Of a stretch of DNA of 64,000 bases, positions 23,999-36,882 are shown one piece after another; position 1 is the first letter of the stretch, and every line of letters begins with the position of its first letter. Under the pieces are notes generated by a model. It had not been told where the DNA came from and did not search any database. It saw only the letters and a list, made by a program, of their open reading frames with translations. The DNA is from Mobula hypostoma. Taxonomy: Eukaryota. Where the stretch lies: assembly GCF_963921235.1 (NCBI RefSeq), contig NC_086109.1:23810001-23874000 (forward strand), read 5' to 3'. The translations under genes were made by a program, and so were the position numbers.

Positions 23999-25139
23999 CA
24001 TTTGTTGCTTCTGCTGAATTGTGTCTCTATTATTCCCTGGTATACAAGGGGGTTTCTTAACCTTCTTCTTGGAAAAAGATAACCGGAATCTCTAAACTGA
24101 GATAGACAGGGCTTGACTCGGTCAATAAAATGAGCATTCCCTAGAAGACAAGCAAAATCTCACTGTGAGTGAATTTGACTTGGAGACTTTTTAACAAAGC
24201 AATGGATCTCGGTGTAGGTTCCCATGAGAACAACTGTGTCTGTACACAGTGCCTTTAACATGTACAAAGTGCCCTTGAATTAGAGCTTCTAAGGGAATGG
24301 GAATGAAGGTCTAGAGCTCCCAACTTAACAAACAAAGAAAACAAAGTTACAGAGGAGTTATTTAAAGTGTTGGAGCAGGCATATGGAGCTAATATAGATC
24401 GGAAGGGCAGCATTCCAATCAACATATTTTTGAATAATCTTAAATGAATTGATAAAAATAAATCAAGAAATGCACAAAAACATGAAGAACATGGCATTTG
24501 ATCCTTTGGCGCTCTGCTCTCACTCATGCTTCCAGACAGAACACAAAGAAAGGTTTGTATTATGGGTTTCCTGCTGTCATCTCTATCTTGCAAACTGTGT
24601 CCTTCTCAATATCTCCAAATCACCTATTTGTACTGCCTTCTCCTCCCTTGAGGCTTTCAAATTTGAACTTAGGGAGTAGGGTGAAAAGAGGAGCATGAAA
24701 CTCACACTACAAACCTTTCTTTGTGTGCCTTATCTTTCCCATCTCGTCTCACCCTTCTCTTTCCTACTCTCCAGCCACTCTTCTCTCTCTCCCCTCCCCC
24801 AATCATTCACCTTCCCACCTGCTCAAAATAAGAGAAGAAAACAGGCTTCAGGGGCATTTCTTCTCCATAAAATTCATTCCACATCACTGGTCCTCAAGAT
24901 TAATCCTGTTCATTTTTGGGGCAATGCACAAGTCTTTCAGAGGAATGTACATAAAGCCTCTTATTCTCTGTCCATTGACAAAAGGCAAAAATAACACCGT
25001 TTATTCAACATCATCAAAATACAAAGGGCATACTCAATGTTCAATCTTAAATTCAGTATTTCAGAAAAAGGTAACTAGAAAAGTATTTGTCAGACAAAAA
25101 ATATTGCACAGCTGTGAGCAAAGAACAAGATAGGGAAAC

Positions 25140-25310
25140 CTCTCCTGTCAGGTCTCTTTTCCCCCTTCCTTTCCAGTCCTGATGAAGGGTCTCAGCACAA
25201 AATATTGACTCTTTATTCCTCTCCATAGATGTTGCCTGACTTGCTGGGTTCCTCTAGCCTTTTATGTGTGTTACTCTGGATTTCCAGCACCTGCAGAATC
25301 TCTTGTGTCG
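25140..25310 (+). mobile_element. PLE pLTR fragment with degenerate hammerhead
   Basis: AGTCCTGATGAAGGGTCTCAGCAC at 25175. Flanking AAGA[T/C]AGGG[A/G]AAC at 25127-25139 and 25311-25323. Confidence 0.75.
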
Positions 25311-25789
25311 AAGACAGGGGAACTAACGGGATTGTTCTTTTGAAGAGTAACACCGGCATATTGGGTTAAATAGTCTCCTTTACAGCTGAATGATTCCAAA
25401 ACTGCAACCCTGATGTTACAAGCATGTCTAGATAGAACAGGATCAGCCAGTTATTGCACCCTCTCATCGTGCAGCTGCTGCAGTATGAAAATGTGTACTT
25501 TGGCATATTACAGCAGGCCACTATGAAGTAAATGAGTAACATATACATTATGCACACTGTATTTGGATAGCCACTGTCCTCTACAACACAAAGCCTAGGC
25601 AATCCCTATTTGCTGATGGTAGAAGAACAAAGAGAGGAAAGGAGTCTTTGCTTTAAAGTCTTCACCTCAGCTGTGAAGTCAGTCCATCTGCATGTACCTA
25701 CTCATGCAGATACTGTGAGCACCAAGTGTGTGAATGGCTAGTACTTTTGGAAGCAACAGCTCTCACTGTATAACAGTAAGGTTCCCATA

Positions 25790-28340
25790 AGATAAAAGAG
25801 TAGAATTGGGCCACTCGGCTGATCTGCTCTGCCATTCCATTGTGGCTAATTTATTCTCCCTCTCAACCCCATTATCCTGCTTTCTTCCTGTAACCTTTGA
25901 TGCCTTGACTAACCAAGAACATATCAACCTCTGCTTTAAATATACTCAATGGCTTGGCCATTGGAATAAATTTCACAGATTCGCCACCCTCTGGCTAAAG
26001 ACTGCACTGTGATCTTGTCTTGAAGGCCAATGTTGGAACATCTTTCAAGAACGAGAGTCCTCGCGTGCATCAGGCCCTGATGGTGTACCTGGTAGGGCCC
26101 TGAAAACTTGTGCCAAACAACTAGTGGGAGTGTTCAAGGACATCTTCAAATCTCTCTTTTGCAGTCGGAGATTCAAAAGGGTGAAAATCAGTGCCCAAGA
26201 AGAGCAAAGTGAGCTGTCTCAGTGATTATCACTCAGTGGGACCCACATCTACTGTGATGAAGTGCTTTGAGAGGTTGGTCATGGCTAGAATTAGTTCTTA
26301 CCTAAGCAAGGACCTGGACTTGCTGCTATTCGCCTAATGCCACAATAGGTCTATAGCAGATGTAAACTCACTGGATCTCCACTCAGCCTTGCAACACCTG
26401 GACAATAGTACCACTTTCGTCAGGCTGCTTTTTATCGACTACAGCACAGCATTCAGCACAATCATACCATCGGTTCTAATCAAAATACTCCAAAACATGG
26501 GCCTCTGTACCTCCTTCTGCATCTTGATTCTTGACTTCCTTACCGGGAGGCCATACTCTCCGTGGATTAGAAATAACATCTCCTCTTTGCTGACAATCAA
26601 CACTGGATGCCTGCTTAGCTCACTGTTCTACTCTCTTTCCACTCACAAATGTGTGGCGAAGCACAGCTCAAATGCCATCTTTAAATGTGCTGACAACACA
26701 ACTATTGTTGACGGGATTTCAGATGGTCATGAAGAGGCGTACAGGAATGAGATAGGTCAGCTGGTTGAGTGGTGTTGTAATAATAACCTGCACCCAACGT
26801 CAATAAGACCAGCAAATTGATTGCGGACTTCAGGAAGGGGAAGTTGAGGGAACACACAGCAGTCCTCATCGAGGGATCAGAAGTGGAAAAGGTCAAGAGT
26901 TTCAACTTCCTGGGCATCAACATCTCTGAGGATCTATCCTGGTCCCTACATATTGATACAATTACAAAGAAGGCAGCTATATTTCATTAGGAGTATGAGG
27001 AGACTTGGTAAGTCACCAAAGACACTCACTAATTTCTACAGATTACCGTGGAGAGCATTCTAACTGGTTGCATCACCGTTTAGTATGGAGGGGCCACTGC
27101 ACAGGATTGGAAAAAGCTGCAGAAACCAGCTCCATCATCGGTACTAGACTCCACAGCATTCATGACACCTTCAAAAGGTGATGCCTCAAAAAGGCAGCAT
27201 CCATCATTAGGAACCTCCATCACCCAGGACGTGCCCTCTTCTCATTGCTACCATCAAAGAGGTGGTATAGGAGCCTGAAGACACACACTCAATGTTTCAG
27301 GAACAGCATCTTCCCTTCCACTATCAGATTTCTGAATGGACAAAGAACCCATGAACATTACCTCAGTATTTTCCCTCTCTTTCTGCACTACTTTTAATTT
27401 ATTTTTTATATACACTTCTTGTAATTTATAGTTTTCATACATTCTATTGCAATGTACTGCTGTCACAGAGCAACAAATTTCATGACATATGCCGGTGATA
27501 TTAAAACTGACTCTGATTCTGAAGAAATTCCTTCTCTTCCCTCTTCCAAATGGACATCCCTCTCTTCTGAGGCTGTGCTCTCTAGTCCTTCACTCACCCA
27601 CTATAGGACACAAGTACCTAACATCCACTCTATCTCAGCCTTCCAATATTCGATAGATTATATAAGAGATTTCCCCCTTCTAAGCTCAATCGAGTATAGG
27701 CCAGAGCCATTAAATGGTCATCCAATGTTAAACCTTTCATTCCCAGGATAATTTTTGTGAACCTACCTCTGGAACTTCTCCCATGCCAGCACATCTTTTC
27801 TTAGATAAGGGTCCCAAAATAGCTCACAATACCAAGTGCAGTCAGACCAGTTCCTCATAAAACCTTAGCATCACAGCCTTGCTTGTATATTCTAGTCCTC
27901 TTGAAATGAATGCTAACATTATATTTTCCTTCCTTACCACTGACTCAACCTACAAGTTAGCTTTCAGGGAATCCTGCACAAGTCTCCTGCACCTCTGATT
28001 TGTGAATTTTCTCCCCATTTAGAAAATAGTCCATGCCTTTATTCCTTCTACCAAAGTGCATGATCACACACTTCCCTACACTATACTCTTCTGCCACTTC
28101 TTTGCCCATTCTCTCAATCTGTTGAAGGATTTCAAAGGACAGACAGGTAGGCAGAAGGGTCGGTAAGTAATGACATCAAACCCTTAGAAAGAGATGATGC
28201 AGTATTGGAAGATGTAGAATCCTTGTGGGTAGAGTTAAGAAACTAAAATGGTAAAAAGACCGTGATGGGAGTTATAAACAGGCCACGAACAGTAGCCAAG
28301 ATGTTGGATATAAATTTAAGCAGGAAATAGAAAAGTCAAT
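25790..28340 (-). mobile_element. CR1 fragments (3' end at about 25790, RT C-terminus 27525-28125, inverted APE-region piece 28125-28340) split by a Rex1/Babar copy
   Basis: CR1 3' UTR motif similar to 44700-44900 and 28940-29100. The minus-strand RT sequence matches 43430-43900. Confidence 0.65.
26010..27520 (+). mobile_element. Rex1/Babar-type LINE, degenerate RT
   Basis: ORF 26389-26820 VRLLFIDYSTAFSTIIP...KCADNTTIV. 3' end ATTAAAACTGACTCTGATTCTGA. Confidence 0.85.
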
Positions 28341-28529
28341 GTTACTGCCCTTATTACATGCCTGATGGTGTGCTGCTGAAAGGTCTAGACCCAAAATTTC
28401 CCTCCATAGATGACGCCTGAGTTGCTGAATTCCTCCAACAATCTGTGTGAACTGCTCAAGATGTTCAGCACCTGCAGATTCTTGCATTTATGAATTCCTC
28501 CAGCAGTTTATTTATTTCCAAGCTTTCAC

Positions 28530-28930
28530 CATCCATAGTCTCTTTGCCCCACTCCCATCAGGGAAGAGGCTACGCAGCATTCACGCCAGGACTAGTGGAC
28601 TCCAAAACAGGTACTTCTCCCAAGCTATACACACAAAATGCTGGTGGAACGCAGCAGGCCAGGCAGCATCTATAGGAAGAGGTACAGTCGGCGTTTTGGG
28701 CCGAGACCCTTCATCAGGATTTCTCCCAAGTTGTCTGGCTGATCAACACCTCCACCCATTAACCCACCCCACCACACCTACTACCACTACATACACATCA
28801 CTTTCCGCACATACAAGCAATCTATGCATATAACATTAATCAGTACCTTGTGTTTTATATGATTGCTTTTATATTCATATTTATTGTTGGTTTTTCTGTT
28901 TTTTTATTGTGTTCTTTGTGCGTATTGTGT
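28530..28930 (+). mobile_element. Rex1/Babar 3' fragment containing a minus-strand PLE pLTR insertion (about 28629-28719)
   Basis: PLPSGKRLRSIHARTSGLQNRYFSQAI. Insert is flanked by a TTCTCCCAAG duplication. Confidence 0.75.
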
Positions 28931-28934
28931 TTTT

Positions 28935-29378
28935 TAAATAGACAATAGGTGCAGGAGTAGGCCATTCGGCCCTTTGAACCAGCACCGCCATTCACTGTGA
29001 TCATGGCTGATCATCCACAATCAATACCCTGTTCCTGCCTTCTCCCCATATCCCTTGACTCCGCTATCTTTAAGAGCTCTATCTAACTCCTTCTTGAAAG
29101 AATCCAGAGAATTGGCCTCCACTGCCTTCTTAGGCAGAGCATCCCACAGATCCACAACCCTCTGCGTGTAAAAGTTTTCCTCAACTCCGTTCGAAATAGT
29201 ATACCCCTTATTCTTAAACTATGGCCTCTGGTTCTGGACTTCCCCCAACATCGGGAACATGTTTCCTGCATCTAGCGTGTCCAATCCCTTAATAATCTTA
29301 TATGTTTCAATCAGATCCCCTCATCCTTCTAAATTCCAGTGTATACAAGCCCAGTTGCTCCAATCTTTCAACACATGA
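28935..29378 (-). mobile_element. CR1 3' fragment
   Basis: SRTRGHSLRIRGILFRTELRK in ORF 29083-29271 and a CR1 3' UTR. Confidence 0.8.
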
Positions 29379-30162
29379 CATGATGAAAGATGCTGCATCT
29401 AATCCAGAGTAACAAACATTTTTTCTCCTTTACACTGATCAATTAAAGAATAACAACAAACAATCCTGAATTTTTAATCTTGAATCTGGGTGTGTGTTAA
29501 ATGGCCTTGAAGTGAGCATCAGACTACACATTCATGGCTTCAATAATATTGTCCAAAGTAATATCTGCTGATTCTGTCCCTGCCTCACTCAACCTGCTGC
29601 TGAAACATCTTTGCTATCTTTTTGACTTTCCTGGTCCAGAAAATTCCTCTTTCATTCCAGCCTCCAAAAGCTTAGATTTGTCAAAACTCCAGTGCCTATG
29701 TCCTCTTCTTCACCAATTCCTGTTTACACATCCTGTTTTTCAGACTTCTGTTAGACAATGATAAGTTTTAAATCTTCACCCTTGTTTTCAAATTACTTTA
29801 TGGCCTCAACCTTCCCTACTTGTGTAATCAACTTCAACTCTCTAATTCTCTTGGACCTGCTGCACTCTTTGTAATTTGTCCTCTTAATCATGCCTGCTAT
29901 CAATTGCTCCACGATATGCACCATTCTTCAACAAGCTGGATGCTATACTCTAGGATTCACTGCCTTTTTTTCTTATTTTAATTTATCTCTTAAACTATAT
30001 CTCTCTAATTAAGCTCCTGGCCACCTGCTCTGCTCTGATTTGCACTTGCATTAGTTACTATAAAATCTTGTGTAAATTCCCTTTGAATTGCCTTGACATT
30101 TTGTATTTCATTGTTAGATAACACAACAGTAAAATATTGCAGATGCTATGTATACAGTAGTT

Positions 30163-30840
30163 GTGTGAGTGTGTGTGTGTGTGTGAGTGTGTATGTGTGT
30201 GTGTGTGTACGTGTGTGTGTGTATGCGTGTGTGAGTGTGTATGTGTGTGTGTATGTGTGTGTGTGTGTCTGTGTGTGTGTGTATGTGTGTGTATGTGTGT
30301 GTGCGTCTGTGTATGTGTGTGTATATGTGTGTGTGAGTGTGTGTGTGTGTGAGTGTGTATGTGTGTGAGTGTGTATGTGTGTGTGTGTATGTGTGTCTGT
30401 GTGTGTGAGTGTGAATGTGTGTGTGTATGTGTGTGAGTGTGAGTGTGAATGTGTGTGTGTATGTATGTGTGTATGTGTGTGCGTGTGTGTGTGTATGTGT
30501 GTGTGTGTGTGTGAGTGTGAGTGTGAATGTGTGTGTGTATATGTATGTGTGTGTGTGCGCGCGTGTGTGTATGTGTGTATGCGTGTGTGTGTGTGTATGT
30601 GTGTGTGTGTCTGAGTGTGTGTGTATGTGTGTGTCTGTGTGTGTGCGTCTGTGTATGTGTGTGTGTATATGTGTGTGTATATGTGTGTGTGAGTGTGTGT
30701 GTGAGTGTGTATGTGTGTGTGTGTGTGTGAGTGTGTATGTGTGTGTGTATGTGTGTGTGTGTGTGAGTGTGAGTGTGAATGTGTGTGTGTATGTGTGTGT
30801 GAGTGTGAGTGTGAATGTGTGTGTGTGTGTGTGAGTGTGG

Positions 30841-30873
<33 letters not shown>

Positions 30874-32480
30874 CGTGTGTGTGTGTGTGTGCGCATGTGT
30901 GTGTGTGTGTGTGCATGTGTATGTGTGTGTGTGCGCGTGTGTGTGTGTGTGTTTGTGTGCGTGTGCGCGTGCGTGTGTGTGTGTGTGTGCATGTGTATGT
31001 GTGTGTGTGTGCGCGTGCGTGTGTGTGTGCGCGCGTGCGTGTGTGTGCGTGTGTGTGCGTGTGTGCACGTGCGTGTGTGTGTGTGCATGTGTATGTGTGT
31101 GTGTGTGTGTGTGTGTGCGCGTGCGTGTGTGTGTGTGTGTGTGCATGTGTGTGTGTGTGTGCGCGCGTGCGTGTGTGTGTGTGTATGTGTGTATGCATGT
31201 GTGTGTGTGTATGTGTGTGTGTCTGTGTGTGTGTGTATGTGTGTGTATGTGTGTGTGCGTCTGTGTATGTGTGTGTGTATATGTGTGTGTATATGTGTGT
31301 GTGAGTGTGTGTGTGTGAGTGTGTATGTGTGTGTGTGCGTGTGTGAGTGTGTATGTGTGTGTGTATGTGCGTGTGTGTGTATGTGTGTGTGTGTGAGTGT
31401 GAGTGTGAATGTGTGTGTGTGTATGTGTGTGTGTGTGAGTGTGAGTGTGAATGTGTGTGTGTGTCTGTGTGTGTGTGAGTGTGAATGTGTGTGTGTGTGT
31501 GTGTGTGTGGGCTGTGTGTGTGAGTGTGAGTGTGAATGTGTGTGTGTGTGGGGTGTGTGTGTGTGTGCGTGCGTGTGTGTGTGTCTGTGTGTGTGCATGT
31601 GTATGTGTGTGTGTGTGCGCGTGCGTGTGTGTGCGCGTGCGTGTGTGTGTGCACGTGCGTGTGTGTGTGCATGTGTATGTGTGTGTGTGTGCACGTGTGT
31701 GTGTGTGTGTGTGTGCGCGCATGTGTATGTGTGTGTGTGTGTGTGCGCGTGCGTGTGTGTGTGTGTGTGCGCGCATGTGTATGTGTGTGCGCGTGCGTGT
31801 GTGTGTGTGTGGTTGTGTGTGTGTGCATGTGTATGTGTGTGTGTGTGCGCGTGCGTGTGTGTGTGTGTGTGTGCATGTGTATGTGTGTGTATGTGTGTGC
31901 GCGTGCGTGTGTGTGTGTGTGCGTGTGTGTGTGTGTGTGTGCGCGCGTGCGTGTGTGTGTGTGCATGTGTATGTGTGTGTGTGTGTGCGCGTGCGTGTGT
32001 GTGTGTGTGTGCGCGCATGTGTATGTGTGCGCGCGTGTGTGTGTGTGTGTGCGCGCATGTGTGTGTGTGTGTGCGCGTGCGCGCATGTGTATGTGTGTGT
32101 GTGTGTGCGCGTGCGTGTGCGTGTGTGTGTGTGCGCGTGTGCGTGTGTGTGTGCGCGCGTGCGTGTGTGTGTGTGTGTGTGCGCGTGTGTGTGTATGTGT
32201 GTGTGTGTGCGCGTGTGCGTGTGTGTGTGCGCGTGCGTGTGCGTGTGTGTGTGCGCGCGTGCGTGTGTGTGTGTGCGTGCGCGTGCGTGTGCGTGTGTGT
32301 GTGCGCGCGTGCGTGTGTGTGTGTGCGTGCGCGTGCGTGTGTGTGTATGTGTGTGTGTGTGCGTGTGTTTGTGTGTGTGTGCGTGTGCGTGTGCGTGTGC
32401 GTGTGTGTGTGCGTGTGTGTGTGTGTGAATGTGTGTGTGTGTGCGTGCGTGCGTGCGTGTGTGTGTGTGCACGTGCACAT
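30163..32480. repeat. 2.3-kb compound (GT)n microsatellite with GA, TA and GC variant units
   Basis: Directly visible. It accounts for all the His/Thr and Cys/Val ORFs. Confidence 0.98.
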
Positions 32481-32481
32481 G

Positions 32482-33027
32482 TACTCAGGGTCACTTTATG
32501 AGGTACACCTGCTTGTTAATGCAAATATCTACTCAGCCAATGCTGTGTCAGTAACTCAATGCATAAAAGCATGCAGACATAGTCAAGAGCTTCGGTTGTT
32601 GCTCAGATCAAACATCATAATGGGAAAAAATGTGATCTAAGTGACTCTGACAATGGAGATATTGTTGGTGCCAGATCGGGTGGCTTGAGTATCTCAGAAA
32701 CTGTTGGTCTCCTGGTTTTTTCACACACAAGCCTCTGGAGTTTACAGGAAATGTTTCAAAACACATCCAGTGAGTGTGAGTTCTGTGGGCGAAGAGACTG
32801 TATTGATGAGAGTGATCAGAGGAGAATGGCCAGACTGGTTCAAGCTGACAGGAAGGCAACAGTAACTCAACTAACCACATGCTACAACAGGTACATTCTG
32901 AAATGCTCTTCCGTTGTGCAGAAAAACATTTCTGAATACACATGTTTACCCTTAAAATGGATGGGCTACAGCAGCAAAAGACCTCACTGGGTTTCACTCC
33001 TGTACGTAATAAAATGGTCACTGAATG
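32482..33027 (+). mobile_element. Internally deleted Tc1/mariner transposon (N-terminal HTH region only)
   Basis: Imperfect TIRs ACTCAGGGTCACTTTATGAGGTACA and TGTACGTAATAAAATGGTCACTGAATG followed by TA. Decayed transposase DLSD..GDIVGAR.GGLSISET...QRRMARLVQADRKATVTQLT. Confidence 0.82.
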
Positions 33028-34059
33028 TACATTTCTTATTCTGAGAGTTATGGCCCTCCCTCATCCCTCTCATGTTTGGTGAATCTCCATCCTCCTTTTA
33101 AGTTTATTTCAGGATTTCTTCCCAAAATGATCAACACTGAAGATTCAAGTCCTATAACTCTCTGAGTGAAGGAAAAAGAGCCCAAAATGGCACTGCTCAT
33201 TGTAACTTGGAGTCTGTTTCCAGTCAGGCTTTCCTTCCACCGAGGTGTAGCAGTTATTAATAAATGGCAAGCCAACATGCAACATTAACTTGATGTTTCA
33301 TGTGACCGTGGTTTGAAAAGATAAATCACTAAAGAACTTGGATCTTATTTTCAAATGAATGGTGAACTGCTTTACATTATTGTTTTAAATAAAATTAGTT
33401 TTAAAAAAGGAGCTTGCTCATCCTTACGTTTTCAAATCGTAGACGTTCATTTGACCCTCATCAACGTTCCGCATGGACACAGACAATTAATAAAAGCTGC
33501 ACACTTTATAGAGTGCTTCAATAGCAAGAAATTCTTTATAATTAAGAGATTCAGTCAGTGCCTTGTGACTGGAGGCACCTTTCCCCTTGATTTATGAGTC
33601 CCATTCCACTGCTTCTCCTGGTGATTAGTGATGAGTTACGGAAATATCTACAATTCAAGCAATCCCAGTCTTATCTGAAACTGTCTCCCTCGTTCCTTCT
33701 CGCTCCCTTTCATCCCTTTTATTATCTCCCTGTATTTCTGATACGGTGATCAATATTCTTAGCTTTCTCGCTCTGCCTAAAAGCCACAATCCCTCTCATC
33801 CACCTGTCCCTTGCTATATTGAAATTAGGGTTTAAGAAAGAGAGATAGAGAGAGGTGTAGTCTTAGTTGGTTGAATTGGGGTGGTATGGTTAGGGGACGC
33901 AGAGGGTTAAGAATATTTTGGTTGGATTGTTGTAGTATGGTTAGGGGACGTAGAGGAGTCAGAATGGTTGGTTGGATTGATATGGTATGAAATCTACTGA
34001 ATTTACAGTTCTTGGGGACAGCGCAGGGAGTCAAAAGTAAGGCAACATGCCAGGAATGT

Positions 34060-34390
34060 CATAGAGTCATAGAACCCTACACCACAGAAACAGGCCCTTT
34101 GGCCCATCTAGTCCGTAGCAAACTAAAAATCTGGCCAGCCTCATCAACCACACCAGGACCAGAGACCTCCATACCCTTCCCTTTCATGTACCTACCCAAA
34201 TTTCTCTTAAATGTTGAATTGAACTCACATCCATCACTTCCGCTGGCAGCTCATTGCATACTCTCGCCACCCTCTGAGTGAAGAAGTTCCCCCTCATGTT
34301 CCCCTTAAACATTTCACCTTTCACCCTTAACCCATGACCTCTAGTTCTAGTCTCATCCTACTTCAGTGGAAAAAGGCAGCTTGCATTTAC
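34060..34390 (-). mobile_element. CR1 3' fragment
   Basis: Closely similar to the CR1 3' ends at 10480-10790 and 38380-38690. Confidence 0.8.
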
Positions 34391-34404
34391 ATTGATGTTT
34401 TACA

Positions 34405-35263
34405 CAGACATCCCACCCTGCAAAAACTCATTTCAGGGAGGTCTCAACCTCATTTCAGGGAGGTTCCAACTGGAAGTCTCACCCCTATAGCAGTCTGTGT
34501 CAATGAATTTGTTAATTTTGCAAGACAGCAGATTCACAAGTGTTTTGTGAGACAGCTGACTTCTGAATTCTGTCTTAATGTGACGCACCATGCTGAATGC
34601 CCTTTCTACATCACAGTTAGAATTTGGCAGCACCAAAAGCAGCTTCATCAACTGGCAGAACTCTTTGAATCTCAGCTGCCCTGTGCTCACAGATTTTACT
34701 TTGGACAGCTTCCCCCAGAACTCATCAACTGGCAAATTTTTGTAGTTTAGCACCAGTCCTTCAAGGTTAGTTGAGACATAATACAGGACTCACCTCAACA
34801 TATCTTTTACAGTCACTTAACCCACCATGGGCAATAGAAAAGTCACCGTTGCAAACAGTGCAGCGAGCAACACTGTCATTATTTTTGACTCCTATTAAGC
34901 AGGGGTACGCTTTAGTGTAGTCTGGGGTGAAGTACGTTTTATATTTTCTTATTTTGGAACACTCTGCCATGGCGCTGAAGGACACTAAACTGAACTGATG
35001 GACAATGAAAGAGAGAGAGAGAGGTCGACTGTAAAGCCCGCCCACAGAGAAAACTGATAGGTCTACTTCGCACAAAGAGAGACCAATCAGGATATTTTTT
35101 TTCTTTCTTTGTTTCTTTTTTTCCCCCTCTCCCTCTCCCTCCCTCTATCGTTCACTCTCAAAAAAATCGATTTCCGGGATATTGTATATAATTTGCAGGC
35201 GTCAGGGAGCCACTATTAATATGCGGGAGACTCCCGGAACTTCCAGGAGAGGTGGGATGTCTG
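34405..35263 (-). mobile_element. Internally deleted hAT transposon (BED finger and hATC dimerisation domain)
   Basis: TIRs CAGACATCCCACC and GGTGGGATGTCTG. Flanking (G)TTTTACA duplication. BED-like ARCTVCNGDFSIAHGGLSDCKR; hATC-like FWGKL...LLVLPNSNCDVERAFSMVRHIKTEFRSQL. Confidence 0.9.
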
Positions 35264-35568
35264 TTTTACAGCAAAATCTCCAAAGCACGATTCTTCAATT
35301 CATGGAGAGCACGCCACTAGTTGCAAGATTACGACTTCTCAACGTCTACTCTCCCAAGAAAAATCTCATACTGTGTAACAACTAGCCCTCAAAATTCAAA
35401 CCAATCAGCTCCTTGCTTTTGCACTATTTACCTGTATTTATAAAGCTCAGGATCTCAATTGGTGAATGCTTTTCCAAATCTTTAAACTTTTGAGTGTAAT
35501 TTCAACGTTATATATTGAAATCAAGACACAATAAAACAGAGCAGAGTAGCACTTTATAATTTCAGTCC

Positions 35569-35650
35569 ATGGCCCAGATAAAATCGCTTTTGTGCCTGAT
35601 TCTCTCATTGACATCAATATTATTTCTCCTATATTTTTCTGCTCACCAAG
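35569..35650 (+). CDS. Putative first coding exon encoding a signal peptide or signal anchor, MAQIKSLLCLILSLTSILFLLYFSAHQ, phase-1 donor
   Basis: TCCATGG start context, basic residue followed by a long hydrophobic stretch, consensus donor AAG|GTGAGT. TATTTATAAAG lies about 130 bp upstream. Confidence 0.5.
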
Positions 35651-36524
35651 GTGAGTTATTTATCTGCTTCTGCTGTCTGAACTGGCCTTGAACCTTGTCT
35701 GGGTCAGAAACATCACAAGTGTGTTCGTCTGACCCTGGCATATCCCAAGTTTATCATTTATCTAGTTCATCCGCCCAAAATTATTGTTGATTTAAATTTT
35801 GGCAACATTTTTGCAATATTAGCAATTTTACTGTGAACATGCACATAGCAAATGTAAGGTCATTGGATACATCTTTCTCAATGTCTGACAAAATAATGTG
35901 CATTAATCCATATTTCATAAATTGCACAAGGTATCTCGTCCTCCCGTCCTCTAGAGTACGCAACCAAGCACTGCAAATTCTTGCTTATTAATATCACTAA
36001 TATTAGCCTGTCTATAAGTGAATAATTTTTGAAGCAATAGATTTTAGTAGAGTGTACTGAAAGAAAATGTTGTGAGATTATAAAAACAGGATTGTTGTCA
36101 TTAGGGCAGATGAAGTTAATGAGAGAGTTAACGGACGTATTCAAAAGGGAGAAGAAAAGCTGTGGTCATGGATTGAGATTCATTGACAAAATAAAACATG
36201 AGATATAAGCATATTTTTATGCAACGGTCATAATTTAGAACACACAACTGAAAGAGAAATGGAAAAAGGTCTAATTGTAACACTCAAAGAGAAGATTAGA
36301 TGTAATCTTGAAAGAAGTAGGAATTGCTGGATTATGGGGAAGGAAACAAAAACAAGGAAATATTGCTCATTTGATTGGTCTTTCAAACAGCCATAATAGG
36401 CATAATAAGCACGTTGTATGATTCTCACTATAATTTTCACATTGCACTTTGGGCAAAGCTACGACTCTAAGGTGGACAAGTTCAGGCCCTGCGGGCAAGA
36501 CCCCACTTTAGTAAAGGAGCAGAC

Positions 36525-36882
36525 TGTTTGCCCCACTCGGTCAGGGGAGAGGCTACACAGCATCCACGCTGGGACCACCAGATTCGAAAACAGTTATATC
36601 CTCCAAGCTGTCAGGCTGATCAACACTTCCACTAATTAACCCATCCCAGCCCACTAAGCACCATCACTACTTGATTGTTTCCTGGAGAGTCACCTTATGT
36701 ACAGATACTCCTGTACCTAGCATCGCTTTATGTAAATGAACTATCCTTATGTATTTATATTAATTGTGTTCTTTCTGCTTATTGTGTGATTTTTATGCTG
36801 CACCAGATCCGGAGTAACAATTATTTCACTCCCCTTCACACTTGTGGACTGAAGAAGGACAACAAACAATCTTGAATCTTGA
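36525..36882 (+). mobile_element. Rex1/Babar 3' fragment
   Basis: SGERLHSIHAGTTRFENSYILQAVRLIN and tail AAACAATCTTGAATCTTGA; same family as 28530-28930. Confidence 0.75.

Noticed and set aside
30058..32640. Long His/Thr-rich and Cys/Val-rich ORFs (up to 806 aa)
   Set aside because: They are translations of a (GT)n/(CA)n microsatellite that lacks stop codons and are open in almost all frames.
34759..34793. Mini-intron fusing BED and hATC into one protein
   Set aside because: Only 35 nt long, and splicing would give GAC TGG TGC TAA, out of frame with hATC.
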